Of a stretch of DNA of 28,307 nt, positions 17,501-26,830 are shown piece after piece. Position numbers and translations under genes: made by a program. This DNA is from Calditrichaceae bacterium (lineage in GTDB: Bacteria > Calditrichota > Calditrichia > Calditrichales > JBFXGD01), in the NCBI GenBank assembly GCA_050178385.1, contig JBFXGD010000030.1, positions 1 through 28,307 on the forward strand, given 5' to 3'. The notes beneath the pieces were generated by a model. That model worked only from the letters and a program-made list of their open reading frames with translations, was not told the DNA's origin and ran no database searches. Numbering within the stretch: the first letter of the stretch is position 1; each line of letters starts with the position of its first letter.

Positions 17501-18457
17501 ATGACATCTCAAGATTTTAAAAATATAGTGTTTGGGCCTGTCCCTTCAAGGCGTCTGGGTCGTAGTCTTGGAATAAATAATATCCCGCCCAAAATTTGTA
17601 GCTATACCTGTATATATTGTCAGGTTGGTAATACCAATTCGATGAGTATAGAAAGGCGGGCCTATTACAGCCCACAGTTGATTTTTGATATGGTAAAAGA
17701 AAAGGTCAGCCGGTGCCGGGCGGAAAATGAGCCTATAGATTATCTTGCCTTTGTACCGGATGGTGAACCCTCTCTGGATTTAAACCTGGGTGAAACGATC
17801 AATCTATTGAAATCTCTTGATATTCCGATTGCGATCATTACTAACAGCTCATTGATTAACCGCGAGAATGTAAAAAGTGAATTGTTGCAATGCGACTGGA
17901 TTTCCTTCAAAATTGACTCGGTTGACCCGGACACGTGGCATCAGATTGACCGACCGCACGGGAAACTACAGCTTGTTGACTTACTGGACAATCTGATAAG
18001 TTTTAAAACTCGCTTTAAGGGTAAACTGGTAACAGAAACAATGGTTGTACAAGATATAAATGACAGCGTACCGGTAAATACAAACACAGTGGAATATCTG
18101 GCGCGACTGCAACCTGACACAGCCTATATCGCCCTGCCTACCAGACCCCCGGCGGAATCGAGCGTGCGGCCCGCATCGGCCCAATCCATAACAAACATAT
18201 ATCAACTTTTTAAGAAACACTTAAAACGGGTGGAATTATTAACCGGTTATGAGGGCAACAAATTTTCATCATTGGGAAATATCCATGATGATATTCTCAG
18301 CATAACAGCCGTCCATCCGATGCGTATGGACGCGCTGCAAAGACTTTTGAATAAAAAACATGTTGATATAAAGCTGGTGGATGAGATGTTGTCCAATGGG
18401 GAAATCGTCCAGTCAAAATATCAGGGTCATACGTTTGTGCTTAAAGCATATAATTAA
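17501..18457 (+). CDS. Radical SAM protein (COG0731-type)
   Basis: FGPVPSRRLGRSLGINN, CSYTCIYC (CxxxCxxC), DGEPSL, ITNSSL, PTRPPAE. Confidence 0.92.
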   Translation: MTSQDFKNIVFGPVPSRRLGRSLGINNIPPKICSYTCIYCQVGNTNSMSIERRAYYSPQLIFDMVKEKVSRCRAENEPIDYLAFVPDGEPSLDLNLGETINLLKSLDIPIAIITNSSLINRENVKSELLQCDWISFKIDSVDPDTWHQIDRPHGKLQLVDLLDNLISFKTRFKGKLVTETMVVQDINDSVPVNTNTVEYLARLQPDTAYIALPTRPPAESSVRPASAQSITNIYQLFKKHLKRVELLTGYEGNKFSSLGNIHDDILSITAVHPMRMDALQRLLNKKHVDIKLVDEMLSNGEIVQSKYQGHTFVLKAYN

Positions 18458-18501
18458 AAGATGGCCACCGCATGCTTAAAAAAAGGAATAAACAGACAAT
18501 T

Positions 18502-20361
18502 ATGTTAAACCTGCGATATCCGTTTATAATGGCCCCTGTAAAACTAGGGTATAGTGACGCATCCGGAGAAGTTAATCACAAACACCTGAAATTTTATATG
18601 GACCGCAGCGCTCATATGGGTGCATTGACGCTTGAACCGCTTTTTCTTGATAAAGGTTTACGCGAGATACCCACCCAGCTGGGAATCGATTCCGATGATA
18701 AAATAAGTGGATTGCGCACCCTGACCGATGCTATCCATCAGAAGGGGGCAAAAGTCATTGCCCATCTCAATCATCCCGGCAGAATGGCGAATCCCAAAAT
18801 GCCGGGTAATTATTATGTCTCCGCTACCGACAAAGCATGCGAAAATGGGGGCGCGGTACCGAAAAGGATGGATCAGGCGGATATGAAATCCATTATTGAT
18901 TTATTCACGGCAGCGGCACATCGGTCTGAAGAGGCTGGTTTTGATATCATCGAACTGCAAATGGGACACGGTTATCTTCTGGCACAATTTTTATCACCTG
19001 ATGTCAATGACCGGACAGACGAATTTGGCGGTAGTTTTGAAAACCGCCTGCGTTTTCCGCTTATGATATTCGAAGCGGTTAAAAAAACGGTGCATCTGCC
19101 AATTATTGTCAGGGTCAGCGGAACAGAGATGACACCTCATGGAATTCTGATAAATGAAACCATTGCGCTGGCAAAAATACTTGAAGGGAAAGGAGCCGCG
19201 GCCATACATGTTTCAGCCGGTACTGTTTGCTCCACACCACCATGGTTCTTTCAGCACATGTTTGTTCCTAAAGGCAAAACATGGGAATTAGCCGCTGATG
19301 TTAAAAAAGAACTGAATATCCCGGTCATTTTTGTTGGGAGAATAAATTCAATCCGCGATGTGGATCGTTTAAAAAATGAGTTTGGCGCCAAATACATGGC
19401 ATTAGGGCGGGCATTAGTGGCTGATCCCGAATTTGCGGGGAAGTATCTGCAAGAAATAGATGGCCGTATTCGCCCGTGTTTGGCATGTTCGGAAGGATGT
19501 CTTGGCGGCGTCCGTTCCGGAAATGGATTAGGATGTGTTGTAAATCCTGCCTTGGGTAATGGGGTTGCCGTAATGACAGAAGCCGTGGAGAAAAAACATT
19601 TTGCGGTTGTCGGCGCCGGATTGGCAGGACTGGAGGCGGCCTTAACGCTAAAATCCCGCGGTCATATGGTAACGCTTTATGAGAAAAATGAGATCGGTGG
19701 TCAATTCAATCTGGCCTGGCGTCCGCCCAACAAGGAAAGCTTAAAAGAGATCGTTGATTTTTACGAGTACGAGCTAAAAGATAAAAACATCCATTTTGTA
19801 AATAAAGAAGCAACTGAATCTGAATTATTAGACAAAAAATTTGAAGCGGTCATTATAGCGACCGGAGCAGTGCCCGCTGTTCCTCCCGTAAAAGGCCTGA
19901 CGAAATTTTTCTGGACTGAGTTTCTGCATGATGAAAATTTACCGGTCAACAAAACGATCCTTATTATCGGCGGAGGATTGATCGGCATGGAAGTCGCCAG
20001 CAAATTGGTTGATAAAAAGAACAACGTGATTATTGTTGAAATGCTGGAAGAAGCGGCGCGTGGTATGGAAATGATCGAAAAAAATATGACAATGAGTAAA
20101 CTCAGCATGAAAAATGTACGAATATATACAGAAACACGGGTTATTGAAGTCGTCGGAGACAGGGTTGTTCTTGCTGGAAAACACGAACAAATCTTAGAGA
20201 ATATTGATCATATAGTTGTGGCAACCGGCATGACCAGCTATCATCCTTTATATGATAGCCTGAAAGATAAATTAACGGTACATCTTATCGGGGATGCTAA
20301 AAAAACAGGAAAAGCTCAGGATGCCATTCAGGATGGATATAAACTGGCTTTAGAGCTATAA
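18502..20361 (+). CDS. NADH:flavin oxidoreductase, OYE barrel + 4Fe-4S + FAD/NAD(P) domains (FadH / enoate reductase-like)
   Basis: HPGR, GHGYLLAQFLSP..N.RTDEFGGSFENRLRF, GRALVADP, CLACSEGC-x11-C, VVGAGLAG, IIGGGLIG. Alternative start 18472. Confidence 0.9.
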   Translation: MLNLRYPFIMAPVKLGYSDASGEVNHKHLKFYMDRSAHMGALTLEPLFLDKGLREIPTQLGIDSDDKISGLRTLTDAIHQKGAKVIAHLNHPGRMANPKMPGNYYVSATDKACENGGAVPKRMDQADMKSIIDLFTAAAHRSEEAGFDIIELQMGHGYLLAQFLSPDVNDRTDEFGGSFENRLRFPLMIFEAVKKTVHLPIIVRVSGTEMTPHGILINETIALAKILEGKGAAAIHVSAGTVCSTPPWFFQHMFVPKGKTWELAADVKKELNIPVIFVGRINSIRDVDRLKNEFGAKYMALGRALVADPEFAGKYLQEIDGRIRPCLACSEGCLGGVRSGNGLGCVVNPALGNGVAVMTEAVEKKHFAVVGAGLAGLEAALTLKSRGHMVTLYEKNEIGGQFNLAWRPPNKESLKEIVDFYEYELKDKNIHFVNKEATESELLDKKFEAVIIATGAVPAVPPVKGLTKFFWTEFLHDENLPVNKTILIIGGGLIGMEVASKLVDKKNNVIIVEMLEEAARGMEMIEKNMTMSKLSMKNVRIYTETRVIEVVGDRVVLAGKHEQILENIDHIVVATGMTSYHPLYDSLKDKLTVHLIGDAKKTGKAQDAIQDGYKLALEL

Positions 20362-20365
20362 AATT

Positions 20366-21613
20366 ATGACAATATTAACATCCACAAGCTCAAAAATAAA
20401 TTTCCGCGCGTTTATATGGCATTCGGGATTTCTGGCGTTGGCCAGTAATTTTATGGATATTGATACGATCATCCCGTCCATGCTGATAAAGGCCGGCGGC
20501 AATTCCATACATCTTGGTATTATGACCGCTATCATGCTTGGAGGATCCAGTTTATTCCAGCTTGTTTTTGCCGGATTTTTATCGGGAAAGCCCTGCAAAA
20601 AAAAATATTTGCTGACGGGGATAAATCTGAGAGTTGCGGCGCTTTTGGCGCTTGCGGTTCTGTTTCTTACAGCTTCTTCATTAAGTAGCGCTTTGATAAT
20701 CGCGCTGATTTTTTTGTTTATCTCTGTTTTTTCATTTAGCGGCGCTTTTGCCAACGTTTCTTATGTGGATATTCTTGGTAAATCGGTACTGGAAAATAAA
20801 CGTAAAAAGTTTTTCTCGCTTAAACAGATTTTTGACAGTATCGGTTTAATCAGCACGGCATTTATTGTTCGGGAGCTGGTAACATATTTTGACTACCCGA
20901 AAAACTACTTTGTTTTATTTTTGATCGCCGGTTTGTTGTTGTTGGTAGCTTCGCTGGGATTCTGGCGGATTCAGGAAGCTTCATCCGCTGTCCGTTCGCA
21001 CAAGGGGCTTGTGGATTTTTTTCGTATGATCCCCGGTGAGATCCGTAACAACTCCAATCTTAAATATTACCTGTTGCTGATCAACACTCTTGGTTTGACT
21101 CTCAGCCTGATGCCATTTTTTATTTTATTCGCAAAGGACAGTTTTGGTTTAACCTTTGAATCAGTAGGTAATTTTTTACTATTCAGAACAATAGGTATGT
21201 TGACCGCAGGAATAATATTATTTCAATTCGCCAGCCGTTTTATTTATAAACACCTTCTCATGTTCCTGATACTACTGGGAGCGGCCCTGCCTTTGATCAG
21301 CCTGACGCTGGCGCGTTCAGCGGAAAATTATCATTACATTTTTATTCTGACCGGAATTTTTTTCGCTATATATAAAGTGGCCCTCAATGGCGTTCTTTTA
21401 GAAATTTCAACCGATGAAAACCGGGCTACCTATACGGGAATATCAGGGGCCGGCAATATATTGACAACCCTTTTCCCCTTATTTGCCGGAGTACTGATTT
21501 CGGCGTTTGGTTATTATATGGTTTTTTTAACTGTTTCAGCCATTATTCTGCTCAGTTTCAGTTTTGTGTTCAAACTTGATTGCAGACCGGTTCATTCAAG
21601 ATCAAGCGGGTAG
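20366..21613 (+). CDS. MFS transporter
   Basis: 415 aa with about 12 hydrophobic helices in two halves. DILGK....KR and EIS..ENRATY.G loop motifs. Confidence 0.85.
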   Translation: MTILTSTSSKINFRAFIWHSGFLALASNFMDIDTIIPSMLIKAGGNSIHLGIMTAIMLGGSSLFQLVFAGFLSGKPCKKKYLLTGINLRVAALLALAVLFLTASSLSSALIIALIFLFISVFSFSGAFANVSYVDILGKSVLENKRKKFFSLKQIFDSIGLISTAFIVRELVTYFDYPKNYFVLFLIAGLLLLVASLGFWRIQEASSAVRSHKGLVDFFRMIPGEIRNNSNLKYYLLLINTLGLTLSLMPFFILFAKDSFGLTFESVGNFLLFRTIGMLTAGIILFQFASRFIYKHLLMFLILLGAALPLISLTLARSAENYHYIFILTGIFFAIYKVALNGVLLEISTDENRATYTGISGAGNILTTLFPLFAGVLISAFGYYMVFLTVSAIILLSFSFVFKLDCRPVHSRSSG

Positions 21614-21618
21614 ACAAG

Positions 21619-22641
21619 ATGGAAATTCTTAAAATTATCGAACACGCTCTGATGATTACGAGTTTCGTTTTTATCATGATGCTGCTCATAGAATATATCA
21701 ATGTTCAAACACGTGGCAGCTGGCAGGAATCTCTAAAAAAAAGCCGCTGGGGGCAATATATACTTAGCGCGTTTCTCGGTTCTGTTCCGGGGTGCCTTGG
21801 CGCTTTTACGGTTGTTTCCCTCTATTCACACCGCGTTGTGAGTTTCGGAGCGCTGGTAACAACCATGATCGCTACAAGCGGCGATGAATCATTTGTCATG
21901 TTTTCTATGTTTCCGCGCGAGGCCATCGGACTGACGGTAATATTGTTTTTTGTTGGAATTGCGGCGGGATATCTGACGGATCTTTTCTATAAAAAACAGG
22001 ATCTTTTGCTAATGGCTGAAGACCATCATTTGCTCATTCACAAGACGGATGTATGCCACTGTTTCCCAAAAGGTGAAATTTGGCAACAAATTAAAAACAG
22101 CACCTTACCCCGGACACTGCTTATAGGAATTTTTAGCTTGTTTTTGTTTTTTATGGTCAGCGGATCCATCGGGCCTGCTGTCTGGAACTGGAAAAAAATA
22201 TCGTTTACAGGCGGTGCGGTATTCGGTTTGTTTGTTGTAATTACGGTACCTGATCATTTTCTTGAACAGCACTTATGGCTGCATGTGATGAAAAAACACG
22301 TGCCCAAAATTTTCATCTGGACATTTGCGGCGTTGCTGGTCATTCACTACATGGAAAGCTATATCGATGTTAAAGAATGGATTCAGGAAAATTATTTTCA
22401 GGTTCTAATTGTAGCTATTCTGGTCGGTATTATCCCTGAATCGGGTCCACACCTTGTATTTGTGACCCTGTTTGCCGCCGGGAGCCTTCCTTTCAGCATA
22501 TTGCTGGCCAGCTCGATTGTCCAGGACGGACATGGTATGCTGCCCATGCTGGCAGTTTCCAGAAAAGGGTTTATGTTGGTTAAGGCTATAAATATTTCGG
22601 CGGGATTGATCGTAGGTCTGATTTCTCAAAGCATATTATAA
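21619..22641 (+). CDS. Putative metal (manganese-type, DUF2899-like) transporter
   Basis: LGSVPGCLGAF, ATSGDES, GIIPESGPHL, SSIVQDGHGMLP, His/Cys-rich central loop. Start at ATG 21619 avoids overlap with the MFS gene. Confidence 0.7.
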   Translation: MEILKIIEHALMITSFVFIMMLLIEYINVQTRGSWQESLKKSRWGQYILSAFLGSVPGCLGAFTVVSLYSHRVVSFGALVTTMIATSGDESFVMFSMFPREAIGLTVILFFVGIAAGYLTDLFYKKQDLLLMAEDHHLLIHKTDVCHCFPKGEIWQQIKNSTLPRTLLIGIFSLFLFFMVSGSIGPAVWNWKKISFTGGAVFGLFVVITVPDHFLEQHLWLHVMKKHVPKIFIWTFAALLVIHYMESYIDVKEWIQENYFQVLIVAILVGIIPESGPHLVFVTLFAAGSLPFSILLASSIVQDGHGMLPMLAVSRKGFMLVKAINISAGLIVGLISQSIL

Positions 22642-22690
22642 TTGTTCGGTTTATTTACATTTACAGTTTTAAAATTTAAGGGAATCAAAA

Positions 22691-23878
22691 ATGAAAAAAA
22701 ATCTAAACACAGGTATGGCGACGAAAGCGATTCACGCCGGTAATCTGGCTGATCCAATTTTTGGAGAAGTATCGGTGCCGATCTTTCAGACATCCACCTT
22801 CTCATTTCCCAGCGCCGATGAAGGAGCCGCGCGTTTTGCCGGTGAAAGTGACGGATTTATTTATACACGTATGGGGAATCCGACAATCAAGGCGCTTGAA
22901 GATAATGTGGCAATCCTTGAATCGGGTTTTAAGGGTCTGGCAACCGCGAGCGGTATGGCGGCCATAACGACTGTATTTCTGACATTTCTGAATAAAGGCG
23001 ATCATCTGGTCTGTACCGATTCAGTTTACGGGCCTACACGGATGGTGCTGGAAAGGGAGTTTTCGCGCTTTGGAGTATCCGCTACCTTTGTGAACAGTTC
23101 GGATTCTCAAAATGTTAAGGAGGCCATCAGGCCCAATACTAAATTGGTATATGTGGAAACACCGGCCAATCCGACCATCAGCATTACCGATCTGCGGGCG
23201 GTAGCTGAAATTGCCCATCTAAATGACGCTTTGTTCGTTGTAGATAATACATTTGCCAGTCCTTATCTGCAGCGCCCTATTGAGCTGGGTGCGGATGTTG
23301 TTGTGCATTCATTAACAAAATTTATAAACGGTCACAGCGATGTTGTCGGTGGGATGATTGTGGTAAAAAGTGAAAAATTATTCAAAACAATCAGACCTGT
23401 TCTTAACGCTTTTGGCGGTACAATGGATCCTCATCAGGCATGGCTTATTTTACGCGGCGTAAGGACACTGGCCCTTCGTGTAGATAAAGCACAGTCTAAT
23501 GCGGAAAAAATGTCTATGTTTCTGAAAAAGCACCCCAGTGTTAATTGGGTTTCATATCCGGGTCTCGATGAGCATCCGCAGCATAACTTAGCAAAAGAGC
23601 AGATGGATGGTTTTGGCTCCATGATTTCATTTGGTGTCAAAAACGGATTCAGTGGTGGAAAAACAGTAATGGATAATGTGGAGCTGTTTACACTTGCGGT
23701 TTCACTTGGCGGAGTGGAATCTTTAATAGAACATCCGGCCTCCATGACCCATGCGACCATTCCCAGGGAAGAACGCCTTTTGGCTAACATCAAAGACGAA
23801 TTGGTGCGCATGTCTGTAGGTTGTGAAGATTTCGAAGATTTGAAAAATGACATAGATCAGGCGCTAAATAAAATCTGA
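22691..23878 (+). CDS. PLP-dependent Cys/Met metabolism enzyme (methionine gamma-lyase / cystathionine lyase family)
   Basis: PIFQTSTF, IYTRMGNPT, SGMAAI, ETPANPT, DNTFASP, HSLTKFINGHSD (PLP Lys), AVSLGGVESLIEHPASMTH, R.SVG.E. Confidence 0.9.
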   Translation: MKKNLNTGMATKAIHAGNLADPIFGEVSVPIFQTSTFSFPSADEGAARFAGESDGFIYTRMGNPTIKALEDNVAILESGFKGLATASGMAAITTVFLTFLNKGDHLVCTDSVYGPTRMVLEREFSRFGVSATFVNSSDSQNVKEAIRPNTKLVYVETPANPTISITDLRAVAEIAHLNDALFVVDNTFASPYLQRPIELGADVVVHSLTKFINGHSDVVGGMIVVKSEKLFKTIRPVLNAFGGTMDPHQAWLILRGVRTLALRVDKAQSNAEKMSMFLKKHPSVNWVSYPGLDEHPQHNLAKEQMDGFGSMISFGVKNGFSGGKTVMDNVELFTLAVSLGGVESLIEHPASMTHATIPREERLLANIKDELVRMSVGCEDFEDLKNDIDQALNKI

Positions 23879-23900
23879 TCAAAAGCATGTTCAATTTTAG

Positions 23901-24041
23901 CCGGTCAGCCCGGGGTGTAACTCTTTGCAGTGGGAGCCATTTGGCTGACGGTCTTCAGAATATGGGAACCGGCGATATTTTTTGGCTGAGTCTGCCAATA
24001 TTTTACCTTTCGCAAAAAAGAAATGAATCGCCGGTTATTTT
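23901..24041. other. Structured intergenic region with nested inverted repeats after the cluster
   Basis: GTCAGCC/GGCTGAC (23904-10/23943-49). AACCGGCGAT/ATCGCCGGTT (23967-76/24027-36) is a perfect 10-bp pair followed by ATTTT. Confidence 0.45.
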
Positions 24042-24257
24042 CAACCCCGTTTTAAAGGAAAAATCAAAACAATCCCTTCCTTACACCTTTATATATTTCA
24101 TCTTAGAATCAATCGGCGGGGCCTAAAACAGGGCCGGTTTCACACAACTGTTCATAAAAAATTTTCAAATCCCAAATAAAAATTTATTCAAAAGGTAACA
24201 TCTTCGCATAGTACACGTATTTACAGGAAATCCCTTAAAAATAATTGTCTTTTACAA

Positions 24258-25541
24258 ATGACGGAGCAAAATATGACAAGAAAGAAAATATTTTGGATAG
24301 GCGGCATCGTTATTCTTGTCGTGGTAGCGGCAGTTTTGTTTTCAATGAATGGCAACAATGAAGAAGCTGTCGTCATCCAGACGGCTAAGGTTGACAAGCA
24401 AAAGATAATCGAAACCGTGACCGCCACGGGTATAATACAGCCGGAAACACAGGTAAAGATAAGCGCGGATGTGGCTGCTAAAATTATCAGGCTGGGTGTT
24501 AAAGAAGGCGATTGGGTGGAAAAAGGTCAATTGCTGGTTCAACTGGACCGTGAAAAATTCTTAGCGGTTGTGGAAAGCGCCGAGGCCAATCTTCGATCCA
24601 TGGAAGCAACGGCCAATCTGGTAAAAGAAAACATGAATAAAACCGAAAAAGATTATATGCGCGTCAATGATTTGTACGAAAAGCAGCTGGAATCTCAGGC
24701 CTCGATGGATCAGGCTTACGCGGCTTATAAAGTCGAAAAAGCGCGTCATCAATCAAATCTGGAACAGGTCGATCAGGCAAAAGCATCACTTAAACAGGCC
24801 AAAGACGATTTATCCAAAACCACCATATACGCTCCGATGGACGGAACGGTTAGTCAATTAAATAAAGAGGTTGGCGAAATAGCTCTGGGATCGCAGTTTC
24901 AGGAAGATGTCATAATGGTGATTTCAAATCTGACAGGGATGGAAGCGCTGGTGGATGTGGATGAGAACGATATCGTTTCCGTACATCTTGCAGACAGCGC
25001 GTCGATTGAAGTGGATGCGCTTCCGGATCATGTGTTCCGGGGAACAGTCAGTGAAATCGCCAGCAGCGCCAAGGTAAATGCCACGGGCACGGCTGACCAA
25101 AAAACAGAATTTGAAGTGAAGGTCGGATTACGTAATCCGGGTGATCAGCTGAGACCGGGGATGACGGCAACCGCGGATATTATAACCGAAACACGTGAAA
25201 GTGTTCTCGCGATACCCATCCAATGTGTCACCCTGCGCACCCCTGAGCAATTAGAAGTGGCCGAAGCTCAAAAAACATCTGAGGATTCACTCGCCAGTCC
25301 GGCGTACGCGCCCGATAAAGACGGCTTTGTTCCGATCGTGTTTGTCGTTAAAGATAGTCAGGTAAAGGCGGTTCAGGTTGAAACAGGTATACAAAGCGAA
25401 ACTCATATAGAGATCGTGACCGGACTGGATGAAGGGGATGAAATTGTCACAGGCAATTTCAGGGCTATCAGCGAGACTCTCCAGAATGGTGCCCGTATAA
25501 AGGTTGAGAATGAAAATAAGTCACCGCTTGTAAAAAAATAA
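24258..25541 (+). CDS. MacA-like efflux periplasmic adaptor subunit
   Basis: N-terminal TM anchor, VTATG.IQP...V.I, VKEGDWVEKGQLL, IYAPMDGTV, VDENDI, LRPGMTA. Confidence 0.92.
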   Translation: MTEQNMTRKKIFWIGGIVILVVVAAVLFSMNGNNEEAVVIQTAKVDKQKIIETVTATGIIQPETQVKISADVAAKIIRLGVKEGDWVEKGQLLVQLDREKFLAVVESAEANLRSMEATANLVKENMNKTEKDYMRVNDLYEKQLESQASMDQAYAAYKVEKARHQSNLEQVDQAKASLKQAKDDLSKTTIYAPMDGTVSQLNKEVGEIALGSQFQEDVIMVISNLTGMEALVDVDENDIVSVHLADSASIEVDALPDHVFRGTVSEIASSAKVNATGTADQKTEFEVKVGLRNPGDQLRPGMTATADIITETRESVLAIPIQCVTLRTPEQLEVAEAQKTSEDSLASPAYAPDKDGFVPIVFVVKDSQVKAVQVETGIQSETHIEIVTGLDEGDEIVTGNFRAISETLQNGARIKVENENKSPLVKK

Positions 25542-25568
25542 GAGACGGTTCAATCAGGAACGATCCCT

Positions 25569-26804
25569 ATGAAATCAATATCGGATAAATTAGAAGCTTT
25601 CAGAATCGCCCTTGATGCAATAATAAGCTATAAAACCAGGGGTATTCTGACAACTCTGGGTATTATTATCGGTATTGTCGCGGTTGTCACGACAATGACC
25701 GCGGCGAATGGCCTTTCCAATAATTTTCGGGAAAGTATTTCCGCCATCGGTTCAGACGTATTATATGTATCAAAATTTCCGTGGGTTTTTTCCGGAGATT
25801 TCTTTGAATTCAGAAACCGGCCAAATCTAACCCTTAAAGACAGCAAAAAACTTGAAAGGCAGCTAAAAAGCGCGGTGGCGGTTAATCCGACTACAAATAC
25901 GGAAAAAGACATTAAATACCGGTCAAATGTAATGGAAAACGTCAACATTATCGGAACGACGGAGAAAAACATCATCGTGACGGACGGTTTGCCGGAGTAT
26001 GGCCGATACCTGACAAATATTGATGTCCAGTTCAATAAAATGGTCTGCGTGATCGGATCGGAGATAAAAGAAAGGCTATTCAAGAATATTGATCCTTTAA
26101 ATAAAGAAATCAAAATCGGATGGTATAAGTTTTTGGTCGTGGGGGTTATGGAAAAACAGGGTAGCGCGAGTTTTTTCGGCGGACCAAATTTTGACAGTCA
26201 GATTTTTATCCCCATCACATCATTTGAAAAGTATTACGGCGGATCCAATCGCAATTACACTATCGCGGTAAAGGCGCCGACTCAGGAAGGAATGACAGAC
26301 TTCAAATACGAACTGATCGGGGAGATGCGAAAAATCCGCAGGCAAAGACCGGTGGAAAAGGATAATTTTTCGATTAATACAATGGATACCCTGATCGACG
26401 CGTATAATAATGTCATGGGTGTGGTTGTCCTTATCGGTTTGGTGGTGACAGGAATCTCCCTGTTTGTGGGTGGGATCGGAGTTATGAACATCATGTTTGT
26501 TTCGGTCACCGAACGCACCCATGAAATAGGGATACGCAAGGCGATCGGAGCAAAAAAGCGCATGATCCTTACCCAGTTTTTGTATGAATCATCCACCATC
26601 TGTTTGATAGGGGGAATAATCGGCGTCATTCTGTCATTTGGTGTCGCCGCCCTGATCAATAAATATGTGATGCCGGCCAGTATTTCGATGCCGATTGTTC
26701 TGGTGGCTCTGTTTATTTCCGTACTCACGGGAGTTGTGTCCGGATTTATACCGGCCTGGCGGGCATCGCGGCTTAATCCGATCGACGCGCTGTCATACGA
26801 ATAG
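25569..26804 (+). CDS. MacB/FtsX-family ABC transporter permease
   Basis: LTTLGIIIGI.AV, periplasmic core, GGIGVMNIMFVSVTERT.EIGIRKAIGA, PAWRASRLNPIDALSYE. Confidence 0.94.
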   Translation: MKSISDKLEAFRIALDAIISYKTRGILTTLGIIIGIVAVVTTMTAANGLSNNFRESISAIGSDVLYVSKFPWVFSGDFFEFRNRPNLTLKDSKKLERQLKSAVAVNPTTNTEKDIKYRSNVMENVNIIGTTEKNIIVTDGLPEYGRYLTNIDVQFNKMVCVIGSEIKERLFKNIDPLNKEIKIGWYKFLVVGVMEKQGSASFFGGPNFDSQIFIPITSFEKYYGGSNRNYTIAVKAPTQEGMTDFKYELIGEMRKIRRQRPVEKDNFSINTMDTLIDAYNNVMGVVVLIGLVVTGISLFVGGIGVMNIMFVSVTERTHEIGIRKAIGAKKRMILTQFLYESSTICLIGGIIGVILSFGVAALINKYVMPASISMPIVLVALFISVLTGVVSGFIPAWRASRLNPIDALSYE

Positions 26805-26830
26805 TCTTATCATAAAAAGAGAGAATAAAG

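Noticed and set aside
23887..24126. 79-aa ORF after the lyase
   Set aside because: No RBS or recognisable motif. It coincides with inverted repeats and is better explained as non-coding.
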